Virus record (IMG/VR): IMGVR_UViG_2687453538_000001
Span: 1-64,000 of that record
Origin: a virus
Lineage: Duplodnaviria > Caudoviricetes
Reading direction: 5' to 3' (one strand)
Length of the DNA stretch: 64,000 nucleotides
The first letter of the stretch is position 1; each line of letters starts with the position of its first letter. Of this stretch, positions 19,299 through 28,797 are shown one piece after another. The notes beneath the pieces were generated by a model. That model searched no databases. It worked only from the letters and a program-made list of their open reading frames with translations, and was not told the origin of the DNA. The translations under genes were made by a program, and so were the position numbers.

Positions 19299-19919
19299 AT
19301 GATCAGTGACAACAGCGATGGCCGCTGGGGCTACAGAGCCGGCCCTTCAGATGCAATGAAACGCGAGATAGGCCAGATCGTCACGAATCACGCGGGCTGC
19401 GATCCTGCGCTTTATGCTCTATTTCACGCGCTATCAGGGGTGAGCACTGACCAAGCAAAGGTCATTTCTCGAACTCTTAAGTTGCGCTCCAACTCTTTAC
19501 TCTCGCTCATAAAGGCTTTTCGGAGAGAAAACGAAAGTAAGCTGTATCCGCCGTTGGTGGAGCGGATCGACATCGCAATTTCACATTACGACAAGCTGAC
19601 ATCACTACGGAACGTAGTTGCACACTGGCAATGGTCGCTATCTCCCGAGGGCGAAGACAGTGCTATCGCAAGCAATTTCCTGAGCCTGAAGGAGCGTGAC
19701 TCCAGCAATGAACGGGAGATAGACCTTCGCAATCTTCAAGAAATCTCTCTCGGATTGGTGGAGGTCATGTCGCTCATGCATTCGATTGCCGCTCTGATGG
19801 GAGCAAATCCTCCAACCTTCATCATTGATAAAGCCTTGGAAGCTCTAGACGACATCCTCAAGAAGGTCAGGGACACTCTTTTAGGCCTGCCAGATGTCTC
19901 GGACGATTCGCAGCCATGA
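19299..19919 (+). CDS. Putative HEPN-like protein
   Basis: All-helical, LRNVVAHW (RxxxxH); LexA-like box upstream. Confidence 0.65.
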   Translation: MISDNSDGRWGYRAGPSDAMKREIGQIVTNHAGCDPALYALFHALSGVSTDQAKVISRTLKLRSNSLLSLIKAFRRENESKLYPPLVERIDIAISHYDKLTSLRNVVAHWQWSLSPEGEDSAIASNFLSLKERDSSNEREIDLRNLQEISLGLVEVMSLMHSIAALMGANPPTFIIDKALEALDDILKKVRDTLLGLPDVSDDSQP

Positions 19920-20112
19920 TTCGGTAAAGATCGTCCAGACGAAGCTCATTGAGCTCGGACGAATGCAGCCCCTCCCAGTACGCCACCGCTGCATTGATCA
20001 TGACAGGGGTTACGATGATTGATTTGAGGATGGAAACTGGCTGCCCTGCATGTGCAGCCAGCGATGCCATTCGCTCCGCTTCAAGTCTCGCACTGAGGTC
20101 GCTCATGTTCAC
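19867..20112 (-). CDS. Small hypothetical protein
   Basis: AGGAG RBS right after gene K. Confidence 0.5.
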   Translation of the reverse strand: MNMSDLSARLEAERMASLAAHAGQPVSILKSIIVTPVMINAAVAYWEGLHSSELNELRLDDLYRIMAANRPRHLAGLKECP

Positions 20113-20118
20113 TCCTTG

Positions 20119-20877
20119 TCAGCCCGGCGCGTCTGAACAACGCAACACAAGGCGGGTCCGGTCGAGCCATGGCCCGCCGAACACAATGATTTCTGATGGC
20201 CTGCCGTACAGGTGGTGCAGCAGGAACGGGCCAGGGCCGAACACCTCAGGCTGCTCGCCGGGCAGGCCTGGGTCTGTGCCCAGATAGATCCCGGCATGGT
20301 TTGGGTGCACGGTGCGCCCCACGGCCATGACGATCATGTCGCCACGTTGCGGCCGGTCAACCTGGAAGAAGCCAGCCTGCTCGTAGAGCTGCTCGTACAG
20401 GCTCGGGTTGTCTGCGTGCTCCCACCACCCGTCCTCACGAGCGTAAGCGGGAAAGTCGATCCCCCACTGCCGCTTATACCAGTCAGCGCAGACCTGCCAG
20501 CAGTCCCAGGCACCGTGCACGAATGGGCGCCCCAGCAGTGCGGTCTCGCCAGTCGGTGTGATGGTCCGCAGGTCGCCCTCCGGCCACGACAGGATGTGCC
20601 AGGGCAGCCCTGTGGCTTCGCACATGGCAAGGTCACGCGGGGACGGCCTGCTGGTGGCGTCAGGGTGCGAGTGCACGATGCCGATCACCTGCCCCTGGTC
20701 TTCTGCCTCGGCGTACTGCTCGGCCGCGATCCGAAATTCCTCGGTCGGCTCGGTGGCCGCGTTTTGGCATGGGAAGTAAACCTGCTTGCGGCCAACCGCC
20801 AGCAGCAGCCCGCAACACTCGCGCGGGTATTCCGCCGCGGCGTGCGCTTGCACGGCAGCAAGGATGTGTTTTCGCAT
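20119..20877 (-). CDS. Tail assembly protein K (JAB + NlpC/P60)
   Basis: YPRECCG, VHSHPD, DCW, NHAGIY. Confidence 0.93.
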   Translation of the reverse strand: MRKHILAAVQAHAAAEYPRECCGLLLAVGRKQVYFPCQNAATEPTEEFRIAAEQYAEAEDQGQVIGIVHSHPDATSRPSPRDLAMCEATGLPWHILSWPEGDLRTITPTGETALLGRPFVHGAWDCWQVCADWYKRQWGIDFPAYAREDGWWEHADNPSLYEQLYEQAGFFQVDRPQRGDMIVMAVGRTVHPNHAGIYLGTDPGLPGEQPEVFGPGPFLLHHLYGRPSEIIVFGGPWLDRTRLVLRCSDAPG

Positions 20878-20879
20878 GC

Positions 20880-21629
20880 TCAGCTCCGTGCGATCAGGGA
20901 GACGGCGGGGAAACCACCAAAGGGCAGCGGATTGCCCACGCCGAAGCGCGGGACGCACCCGGTGCCCAGGCAGCCGTCGCATTCGTCAAGTTCAGGGTTG
21001 TCGGTCAGGTTGCCGTCCTTGTCACGGTACGGCCCGGTGTAGCCACAGTTCGGCCCCCGGTACCCGTTGGTCATGGCCCAGTGGCACAGCGTAGTCATCT
21101 GCCGCCCGATGGTCTCCCCGCCTACATCGCCAGGGCTGGCCAGCTCCCATGACACTTTCTGGCCGTTCTCCGACACCTTCTGGTCGATGTACCAGACCTC
21201 GATGCTCTCCTGGGTTGGATCTGCTCCGGTGTTACCATCCGGGAAGTTCGCCGCGTCCAGGAACTGGCCTAGCGTATTCCGGATTGTCAGCTTGAACTCG
21301 AGCAGGTCAGCGAAAGCGAAGCACAGCGCGGTGATCCTGCCGTTGACGTTGCCGACCGATATCGTCGGGCGCACAGCGGTACCGTCCGAGTTTGCCTCAA
21401 TACCCTCAACCTGCAGCGGCCAGGCGCCATACTCCTCCCCCTGCCACCAGATCGATTTCGCCGGCAGCTGATCGGCGTCGGCGGCAGCCGCTGCGAGCTC
21501 CTGCGCCGTGTGCGGAATGGCGTGGCCATGAAAGCGCAGCACATCGGCGCCGAAGTCAGAACCATCCAGTTCGAACAGCAGCACCTCGGAGCCTGGCTCA
21601 AGCTTCTGGATCTGTGAAATCAGGCTCAT
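20880..21629 (-). CDS. Minor tail protein L
   Basis: WQGEEY..WP, conserved C-terminal Cys, FGGFPA. Confidence 0.93.
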   Translation of the reverse strand: MSLISQIQKLEPGSEVLLFELDGSDFGADVLRFHGHAIPHTAQELAAAAADADQLPAKSIWWQGEEYGAWPLQVEGIEANSDGTAVRPTISVGNVNGRITALCFAFADLLEFKLTIRNTLGQFLDAANFPDGNTGADPTQESIEVWYIDQKVSENGQKVSWELASPGDVGGETIGRQMTTLCHWAMTNGYRGPNCGYTGPYRDKDGNLTDNPELDECDGCLGTGCVPRFGVGNPLPFGGFPAVSLIARS

Positions 21630-21964
21630 GGGTGGTATGCCCTTTCAAAAGTCAGGCTGATGACGGCAATGCCGCCGGGGCGGCGCTGCTGGCCGATTCG
21701 CTCGCAGCGATACAGCCCGAGCTCGCCTTCCGGCGGGGTCCACAGGAACGACCTGAAACCGCCATGGGAGCGGATGAAGGCGACGATGGGGTCCACTTCC
21801 TCCGCGACACCTCCGAATGACAACGTCCAACTGTCGTTCTCGGCGTTGATCCCATCACCCACCACCTGGGTGTAGTTGTCGCCGAATTGCGACTTTCGGG
21901 TTTTCAGCACGCTCTCGCCACTGGCCTCATCATCTGGCGACCAGGTGAATGTCTCGATAGCCAC
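21626..21964 (-). CDS. Minor tail protein M (distal tail)
   Basis: ETFTW..QFGDNYTQ..SFLWTPP. Confidence 0.9.
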   Translation of the reverse strand: MAIETFTWSPDDEASGESVLKTRKSQFGDNYTQVVGDGINAENDSWTLSFGGVAEEVDPIVAFIRSHGGFRSFLWTPPEGELGLYRCERIGQQRRPGGIAVISLTFERAYHP

Positions 21965-21966
21965 GA

Positions 21967-24900
21967 CTACCTCCCCTTCATGTTTCGATAGCTGGCCCCG
22001 CCTGGGCGCCAAGAGGCAGCGATAGCACGTTCAGCCACACCATCCATTTGCTTGACCAAGTTCTGCTCGAGCGCGGCAGTGTCGAGTTGCATGCCTTCCG
22101 AACTGCGATCTTCGACCGTGATGCTCATGGGCGCGCTGATCTGCACCACAGTGCCCCCTCCTTGGTTACCGCCCACCACCTGCACACCCAACGAGCCATC
22201 GGCGCCTCGTGCCAGCGGCATGATGGCTTCCGGACCTGCTTCGCCAGCAATGCCCAGCCCGCCACCGGCCATGCCAAAGCCTGTGGGCTTGGTCAGTACG
22301 CTGTTGGTAAAGGCGCCGCCCTTGGCGAACATCTGCACGCCGCCATCCCAGGCACCGCCCAAGGCCTGGAAGTAGGCGCTGGAGTAACCGGCCTGCGAAG
22401 CACCAAGGTTTGACGATACCGCTCCGGCAGATCCGGCCGGCAGGCCATTGCCGCCACCACCGCCGAAGTAGCTGCCAATCGCGGAAACGCCAATACCTAC
22501 CAGGCCGCTGAGCAACGAGCTCGCAGCCTGCTGGCTGGCTATCCTCGCCATGTCGCTGATGATGCTGGTGGCGAAGTCCTTGAACTTCATCTTGCCGGTC
22601 ATGGTGAAGTTCGCGAGCGAGGCGCTGGCCGAATCGAAGCCGGCGGTCAGGGCGCGGTCCGTTGCACCTGCTACATCAGTCGCATCCGCCTGGATATTCG
22701 CCCACGCCCGGCGCGCGCCGTTGCGATAGTCGCGCTGGGCTTCGAGGCGGGCGCTGTGGCCGTCCACCTCCATCTGCAGTTCGCGCGCCTGGTAGTCGGC
22801 CAAGTCGGCCAGACGTTCTTCATAGGCTTGCTGGCTGAGACGCCGAGAGACATCCTCCTGCTGCTCCTCCAACTGCCGGCGCGCCTCGGCGTACTTCTGC
22901 CGTACAGCGTTCAGGCGGTCGGCCTGCTCGCGCTCATCGTCACCCATACCGACCCCGGCCACGTCGGCATTTATCGCGTCCTGCCGGGTCTGCAGCACCA
23001 CCTCCATGGCCTTGCGGTAGGCCTCGGCGCTGTTGCGCCGCTGCTCGGCAAGCTTCCGCTCAGCCTCGGTGCGCTGCTGAATGGTCGTGTCGCCGTAGGC
23101 GATGTTCAAGTTCTTGATGCCGAGCTCCATCTCGGCAGTGGTGATCTTGCCCTGGGCCTGGGCTTTACGCAGGCCCTCCACCCCTTTGGCCAGATCCTCC
23201 AGCCGTTTCTTCTCGGGCAAAGCGCGGTCGATAATGGCGTCCAGCGCCTTGATCTCATCCTTCAGGGCCTTGGTGCGGTCCTTGGTACCTGCCGTGGCGT
23301 CCTTGTTGGCCTTCTTCTGCGACTCGATTGCGCTCGCCGCCGACAGAATGGCTTGCCGATCCGTCTCGGTGAGGTCTGCATTCTCGGCGATGTAGCGGTT
23401 GGCGATCTTGAGCGCATCGCCGTTGTCCTGCAGGCCTGCGAGCTGCTTCTGGAGGGTCTCCAGGTACGTCTGACCTGCAGTGCTCATCCCCGCCTTGGCA
23501 GCGTTGTTGGCCAGGGTCTGCGCGGTGTTTTCTTCGGTGACGCCGTTGAGCACGCGCAGTGTTTCGGCGATCAGCGCCGAACGCTGGTCGGCGTCACTGA
23601 CGGCACCGGCCTGGGTGATCCATTTCTGCACTGTACCTGCCGGCAGGTTCAGTCGGTCACCCACGTCACGCAGAATCGGCGCCAGGTCACCGCCTGCCGC
23701 ACGCGCCTCATTCAGCCGGTCGACCAGCTCCTGATAGGCGCGCAACTGCTGGTTGTACTGGCCACCCGAATCACGCGCGGGCGCCGTAACCACTGACTGG
23801 CGGATGGACTGGGCCAGATCGCCGTAAGCGCTGCGTACTGCATCTGCAGCCCCGACCTGCTCCTGCTGCCATTTGCCCAGCGATGCCTCGCGCTGGTCGC
23901 GGTTGAGCTTGGCGAACTCCTCGCGCAGCTGCGCAACTGGCTTGTGCATGTCGTCCAGGCTGACGCCAGCCTTGTCGGCGCTATCGCCCAGGAACAGGAA
24001 GCTGGCGGCGGCGGTACCGGCGAGCAGAGCCAGGCCCGCCGGCCCACCGAGTGCAGCCAGCAGGCCACCCGTGGCAGCGCGCGTGAGGTTTGCCTGGGCG
24101 ATGGCCAGCGCGTCGGTGGACGCCTTGAGCGCCGCCTGCTTGGGCAACAGCTGTGTCTGCACCAGCGACAAGCGCTGCAGGCCGGTCGCAGCGGCGACAG
24201 AGGCCTGAGCCTGCTGCACCTGAGCCTGTGCATAGATCCGCTGGGCCTCGGCCCCACGCAGGGCGGCGCGGGCGTTCTCCACCTCCGCAGCGCGCTGAGC
24301 CAGTGCTGCCTTCACAGCCAGGCCGGCCTTGGCAACGTACAGGGTGAGCGCGGCGGCACCCGCCCCGCCCATGGCGCTAGCAACCAGGTCCACGTTGTCA
24401 GCCAGCACCAGCAGGACTTTCGAGAGTCCGCCGACCGCCCCGGTGCGCTCCTCCATGTTGCCGAGGAAGGTGCCGATGGCGTTATTGATGTTGACCAGGG
24501 CGTCCTGCACGCTGGTGGACATATCGGCAGCGGCCTTGCGGTTGGCTTCAACCGTGCGCAGCAGGCCGGTGTTTAGGTCATCCAGAGAAAGCTTGCCCTG
24601 CACCCCAAGCTTGCGGATCTCCGCAGCACTCTTGCCGGTACCGGCGGCGATGGCGTCCACAATGGTCGGCATCGCGCTCTGAATAGAAACCCAACCGTCA
24701 GCATCGATCTTGCCTGTCTGCAGCGCCTTGGAGTAGGCGTCTAGCGCAGAGCCTGCCTTGTCGGCAGACGCCGCGTTGGTCACCAGCAGGAAGCTGAAGC
24801 TGTCGGTGATATCCAGGGTTTGCTGGGTGTTGAAGCCCAGGCTGCGCATCACGTCCGCCGTGCGGATGTAGAGCTCCTGTGCCTCAGCCAGTGGGCGATA

Positions 24901-25251
24901 GGTTTCCTGGGCGGTGCGCAGGAGACGCTCCTGCACCACCTGGTATTCGCCGGCGCTGCCAGCTGCAGCCCTCATCCGGTCGGACATCTGCCCGTAGGCG
25001 TCCACCTGCTTGATGATGCCACCGATCAGGCCCGCGCCAGCAACAGCGGCAAACGCACCACGCATCAGCACGCCAGCAGACTGAGCGGCAGATCCCGCCC
25101 TGTCGAAGGCTGAATCGACGGTGGCCAGGTTACGGTCCATCGCCTGGGCACTGCGCGCAACCACCTGGTCCGCGTTGGCAAGTTCCCGGCGCAGTTGAGC
25201 GGTGGTCGCCTCGATCTGGACCAACATGCCCTGGACTTGTTGATCGGCCAT
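21967..25251 (-). CDS. Tape measure protein
   Basis: ~1094 aa Ala-rich helical; FAKGG and AGEAGPEAIMPL near C-terminus. Confidence 0.95.
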   Translation of the reverse strand: MADQQVQGMLVQIEATTAQLRRELANADQVVARSAQAMDRNLATVDSAFDRAGSAAQSAGVLMRGAFAAVAGAGLIGGIIKQVDAYGQMSDRMRAAAGSAGEYQVVQERLLRTAQETYRPLAEAQELYIRTADVMRSLGFNTQQTLDITDSFSFLLVTNAASADKAGSALDAYSKALQTGKIDADGWVSIQSAMPTIVDAIAAGTGKSAAEIRKLGVQGKLSLDDLNTGLLRTVEANRKAAADMSTSVQDALVNINNAIGTFLGNMEERTGAVGGLSKVLLVLADNVDLVASAMGGAGAAALTLYVAKAGLAVKAALAQRAAEVENARAALRGAEAQRIYAQAQVQQAQASVAAATGLQRLSLVQTQLLPKQAALKASTDALAIAQANLTRAATGGLLAALGGPAGLALLAGTAAASFLFLGDSADKAGVSLDDMHKPVAQLREEFAKLNRDQREASLGKWQQEQVGAADAVRSAYGDLAQSIRQSVVTAPARDSGGQYNQQLRAYQELVDRLNEARAAGGDLAPILRDVGDRLNLPAGTVQKWITQAGAVSDADQRSALIAETLRVLNGVTEENTAQTLANNAAKAGMSTAGQTYLETLQKQLAGLQDNGDALKIANRYIAENADLTETDRQAILSAASAIESQKKANKDATAGTKDRTKALKDEIKALDAIIDRALPEKKRLEDLAKGVEGLRKAQAQGKITTAEMELGIKNLNIAYGDTTIQQRTEAERKLAEQRRNSAEAYRKAMEVVLQTRQDAINADVAGVGMGDDEREQADRLNAVRQKYAEARRQLEEQQEDVSRRLSQQAYEERLADLADYQARELQMEVDGHSARLEAQRDYRNGARRAWANIQADATDVAGATDRALTAGFDSASASLANFTMTGKMKFKDFATSIISDMARIASQQAASSLLSGLVGIGVSAIGSYFGGGGGNGLPAGSAGAVSSNLGASQAGYSSAYFQALGGAWDGGVQMFAKGGAFTNSVLTKPTGFGMAGGGLGIAGEAGPEAIMPLARGADGSLGVQVVGGNQGGGTVVQISAPMSITVEDRSSEGMQLDTAALEQNLVKQMDGVAERAIAASWRPGGASYRNMKGR

Positions 25252-25292
25252 GCATTTCTCCAAGCACAAGAAAACCGCCCGAAGGCGGCGAG

Positions 25293-25535
25293 TTACTCTT
25301 CCTGGCGGCCCCGGAAGAAAGCCTTCAACTTGTCAGCAACGCTCACGGGTCGTCGCGGCGCGGATTGCTGGCCGGAGTTCTGTCCCTGGGCCTGCCCGCG
25401 GCCGGACCAGTCGAGCCGAGCATCGAGCGCGATCATGATTTGGGGTATTGGGGTGCGCCAGGCAGTGTCAGGCGGCCAACCAAGCCAGCCGGTGGCCACG
25501 CCGAACAAATAGTCGACGTAGCTCCCGTCCTTCAC
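25293..25535 (-). CDS. Tail assembly chaperone, T portion (G-T fusion)
   Basis: LGWPPDTAWRT; lies in -1 frame of upstream G. Confidence 0.8.
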   Translation of the reverse strand: MKDGSYVDYLFGVATGWLGWPPDTAWRTPIPQIMIALDARLDWSGRGQAQGQNSGQQSAPRRPVSVADKLKAFFRGRQEE

Positions 25536-25876
25536 TGCGCTGTGCTGTCCGCCTCGTCCTTTCCCCGGGCGACCACGCTCGGCGGTACCGGGTTGAGCAG
25601 GACAGTGATGAACTCGGTCAGCTGGGTGGAGACCTTGGCCACGCCGGTCTGGAACACTTCAGCGGCGACCTGGGCATGCTGGTCAGCCTGCAGGCCGGCG
25701 CCAGCGACAATGATGTCAGCGCTCGAACCGATGCTCATGAGTCGCATCGATTCGAGCGCACCGCGCAGTCCTCCGAAGCGACTTTCGATCAGCAGAGCCG
25801 CTTCCAAGGTTGGCCGCAGGGTGTAGGTTCGCGCACCGACCACCAGCGTCTTGGTGCCATACAGAGCTTCGCTCAT
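25532..25876 (-). CDS. Tail assembly chaperone G
   Basis: Between tail tube and TMP; GGGAAAG slippery site near end. Confidence 0.85.
   Translation of the reverse strand: MSEALYGTKTLVVGARTYTLRPTLEAALLIESRFGGLRGALESMRLMSIGSSADIIVAGAGLQADQHAQVAAEVFQTGVAKVSTQLTEFITVLLNPVPPSVVARGKDEADSTAQ
25559..25565 (-). other. Programmed -1 frameshift site G-GGA-AAG
   Basis: Same heptamer and phase as lambda G/T; -1 frame is open into 25293..25535. Confidence 0.85.
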
Positions 25877-25916
25877 GGGGTTCTCTCAGTAGAGGACGGG
25901 GCCGAAGCCCCATCGA

Positions 25917-26417
25917 TCAGGGGGTAGCCGGACCCGGCAGGATTTCGAGGATGTCGGTGTTGATGCCGAGCGTGATGTTGCGGCGCACGACGTTGTCGGC
26001 GGAACCGGCAGCCACCTTGTTGTTGCTCACCTTCACCGCGAAGTAGTACGTGGTCGGCAGAATTGCCGGGGTCGCACCTGGATCACCGTCATTCAGCGTG
26101 ACCCTGATGTTGTAGTTGCCCTTGGAGCGGTCCTTGTGCGCTACGCCGATCGCCTTCTGACCCGCATCGCCGTTGTCCAGGCCTACGACCAGGGTCATGT
26201 CGCCCGCGTCGGCGGTGCCCTTGTACTTGCGCACGCGGCCATTGGACAGCGCGGTGAAGTTCACCGGGTTGAAGGTGTCGCCGAACTCGCCCAGGTCTTC
26301 GATCTCGCCCACATCGACGTAGGTGTCGGCCTTGTACTCGGTTTCGGTGTCGGCACCGGTCTTGCCGCCAATGGCCAGGCGGCAGCCGGCGGCTGTGTTG
26401 AGGTTGTCTTCGGCCAT
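25917..26417 (-). CDS. Major tail tube protein
   Basis: GEIEDLGEFG..RKYKGTADAG; position in tail operon. Confidence 0.88.
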   Translation of the reverse strand: MAEDNLNTAAGCRLAIGGKTGADTETEYKADTYVDVGEIEDLGEFGDTFNPVNFTALSNGRVRKYKGTADAGDMTLVVGLDNGDAGQKAIGVAHKDRSKGNYNIRVTLNDGDPGATPAILPTTYYFAVKVSNNKVAAGSADNVVRRNITLGINTDILEILPGPATP

Positions 26418-26471
26418 GGGGGTTCCTCCAAAGGCACATTGGATAAAGCCGCAGCGCGGCCGGTGGTTGAA

Positions 26472-26858
26472 TCAGTGGGTGGTGATGACGCGGACCGTGA
26501 TCGAGCCCTGGTAGGTAACGCCGTCAGCATCGCGCTGGGCGTCCGACTGGATGACGCGGACCGATACGGCGCGACCAACCTCCAGCGGCAGCGGTCGCTC
26601 GTCCAGTGCGGCGATCACCTCGCCGTTGATGCGCTTCACTTCGGCCTGGCCGACAGCATCAGACCAGACCGACAGGTACAGCAGGCGCTGCTCGCGCTTG
26701 CGCCCGGAGATCGGGCTTTCGTTGACCGAGACCTCGCGGTCGATCGACACGTAGGGCATATCGGCGTTCATTGGCGCGCCGTCGTAAATCGGGCAACTGA
26801 CCTCGGCGAGGAGCCTGGCAAACAGCGCCTCTTGCAACGCAACAGACGGATCAGCCAT
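26472..26858 (-). CDS. Tail terminator (DUF3168-like)
   Basis: ALQEALFARL..IYD..PYVSI. Confidence 0.85.
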   Translation of the reverse strand: MADPSVALQEALFARLLAEVSCPIYDGAPMNADMPYVSIDREVSVNESPISGRKREQRLLYLSVWSDAVGQAEVKRINGEVIAALDERPLPLEVGRAVSVRVIQSDAQRDADGVTYQGSITVRVITTH

Positions 26859-27351
26859 TACCTACCCCCTGGCTCGCTTTACGGAGCGTGCGCCGTACGG
26901 CGGTCTCGATGTCAGCCATGACGTACTCGCGGTTCACGTCGATGGAGGGCCGAAGCCATGGGTGCGCCGGCCGGGCCGGAATGTCCGGGTACTTGCCGAA
27001 GAAGTGCTCGCCGTCGCTCTTGTTGGTGGCTCGACGGTTGCGATTTCCGGCGCGCTTGCTGCCGATATAGCCCTTGGTGCCGTACTCGATGAAGCGCAGG
27101 TAGAAGAACTTGCGGTTGTCGCGCTTGCCGCGGATTCCGATCTGCGCATCCAGGCCGCTGGGCGCCACGTAGATCTTCAGCGCTGCGGCGGCTGCGCCTG
27201 TGTCCTTGGGCATCAATTGCTGCTGGGTGGCAAGGACACGCTCAGCGGCGTGGCGCATGGCTGGGGCCAATTCGTTGTCCATCGTCTTGTGGATGTTGCG
27301 CAGCGTTCGCCGAAGGCGGATATCGCCGCGCATCTTCGAGCGGCGGGCCAT
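26851..27351 (-). CDS. HK97 gp10-like tail completion protein
   Basis: PKDTG, FIEYGT, PAHPWLRP. Confidence 0.88.
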   Translation of the reverse strand: MARRSKMRGDIRLRRTLRNIHKTMDNELAPAMRHAAERVLATQQQLMPKDTGAAAAALKIYVAPSGLDAQIGIRGKRDNRKFFYLRFIEYGTKGYIGSKRAGNRNRRATNKSDGEHFFGKYPDIPARPAHPWLRPSIDVNREYVMADIETAVRRTLRKASQGVGNG

Positions 27352-27354
27352 GGC

Positions 27355-27537
27355 CTACTCCTTGTTCTGTTCAGCCTTGGTTGGCTTGGCGGTCTTCTCG
27401 GTGGCAACCTCGGTCACCTCCTCGGCATAGCCGCGGGCGATCAGCCCGGCGCCATACTCTTTTTCGACCACGAACTCTTCACCCTTCTCGCGATCGCCAG
27501 AGGCGCCGGAGAGGATGCCCAGGGCACGAATCTTCAT
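27355..27537 (-). CDS. Small virion-associated hypothetical protein
   Basis: GEEF..LIARGYAEEV motif; in head-tail operon. Confidence 0.65.
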   Translation of the reverse strand: MKIRALGILSGASGDREKGEEFVVEKEYGAGLIARGYAEEVTEVATEKTAKPTKAEQNKE

Positions 27538-27548
27538 TGTTCACCTCA

Positions 27549-27875
27549 TCATGGGTTGGGGACGCTCGAGCACAGCAGGCGCAACATGTCCCGTTCGTTG
27601 TTAAGCAGCGGCGCTTCGATCGTGTAGGTCACTCCGGTACGGATTTCGGTGAACCTCCAACCCGCAACCACGTCGGTCCTGGGCCTGATACGGATCTCGG
27701 CACTGATCACTGCAGTGAGTTGTTCGGCCATCGGCATGACTCGGCCGCTGGGCATCGTGATCTCCGCCCAAACCTTGCCAACGTCGACCCATACCCTGTC
27801 GTAACCACCCGTGCTGTTTTGAACACGCTCCTCTTTGCTGAGGATTCCGCGGTGGCGCAGCGGCCCCGCCCTCAT
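27549..27875 (-). CDS. Head closure / head-tail adaptor
   Basis: MRAGPLRHR..W..VWAEI. Confidence 0.88.
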   Translation of the reverse strand: MRAGPLRHRGILSKEERVQNSTGGYDRVWVDVGKVWAEITMPSGRVMPMAEQLTAVISAEIRIRPRTDVVAGWRFTEIRTGVTYTIEAPLLNNERDMLRLLCSSVPNP

Positions 27876-28213
27876 ATTCCCCACCCGATTCGGTGTGGAG
27901 TCAGTAATGCGCTCGAGGCCATCGGCAGAGCAGTCGCGATGGTCCCTAGCACGACCTCTTCCCGATTTGCATAGAGGTGGCCAAAAATCAGCAAGCACGC
28001 CGCTTGAACTGCCGGGTTGATCAACATCGGAGATTCTCCAGCTGAACCCGCTGCGACTGCCGCATTGAGAGCATCAGCATCGGCGAAGAATTGGCGATTC
28101 AGATAGTCGCGGGCACGTTGCTCAGCGGCTTCGAGGAGAAGTTGTAGGTACTCATCGTCATCCTCTGGATCCCGCAGGTGATGCCTCGCCACCGCCATGT
28201 TGATGACGGGCAT
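27872..28213 (-). CDS. Head-tail connector (HK97 gp6-like)
   Basis: HLR..DDEYL..A.LL..HLYANRE. Confidence 0.9.
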   Translation of the reverse strand: MPVINMAVARHHLRDPEDDDEYLQLLLEAAEQRARDYLNRQFFADADALNAAVAAGSAGESPMLINPAVQAACLLIFGHLYANREEVVLGTIATALPMASSALLTPHRIGWGI

Positions 28214-28215
28214 CT

Positions 28216-28749
28216 TCACTCCTCCAGCGGCGTTAGCGCTGCCAGATGCCGCTGCACAAGCTCCTCGCCATGGCGCCGCTCAACCTCATAGCCAGGGCCG
28301 CCGCGACGGCGCAGCTCGCCTTCATCCATGTATGACCGCATCGGGTAGATTTGAAGAGTTGCTGGATTGGGGTTAGCCGCAATCTCACCCTCTCCAGCCG
28401 ACTGATCGGCTTCGTCAGCGTTGTCGGTCACGCCCGGCCCATTCTGATCTGCGACTTCCGATGCGACCGTGTCCGTACCGGGGGCTTCGGCAATGGTGCC
28501 CAGGTCGCTTGCAGCGATGTCCGATCCGGTACCCGAGTCTGCCTGTGTTTCCGGCAGCACCTGCTCTGCGCTCTCACCCGAGCCTGGAGCTGTTGGGGGA
28601 GCGCCCGACTCGCCAGGATTTGGCGAGACTGTTTCACCAGGCGAAGGGGGCAAAGCCCCATCCACGGCCTGGCCGCCGCTGGTTTCGGTGGTCGAGACAG
28701 GTTCCTTCGGCTCAACCGTGGACTCTGGTTTTTCCTGTTTACGTGCCAT
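28216..28749 (-). CDS. Low-complexity acidic protein after capsid gene
   Basis: Disordered N-terminus with small C-terminal domain. Confidence 0.6.
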   Translation of the reverse strand: MARKQEKPESTVEPKEPVSTTETSGGQAVDGALPPSPGETVSPNPGESGAPPTAPGSGESAEQVLPETQADSGTGSDIAASDLGTIAEAPGTDTVASEVADQNGPGVTDNADEADQSAGEGEIAANPNPATLQIYPMRSYMDEGELRRRGGPGYEVERRHGEELVQRHLAALTPLEE

Positions 28750-28797
28750 GGGAGTACTCCAATCGGGCGTCATTGCTGACGCCCCTAGCCAGAGAAA

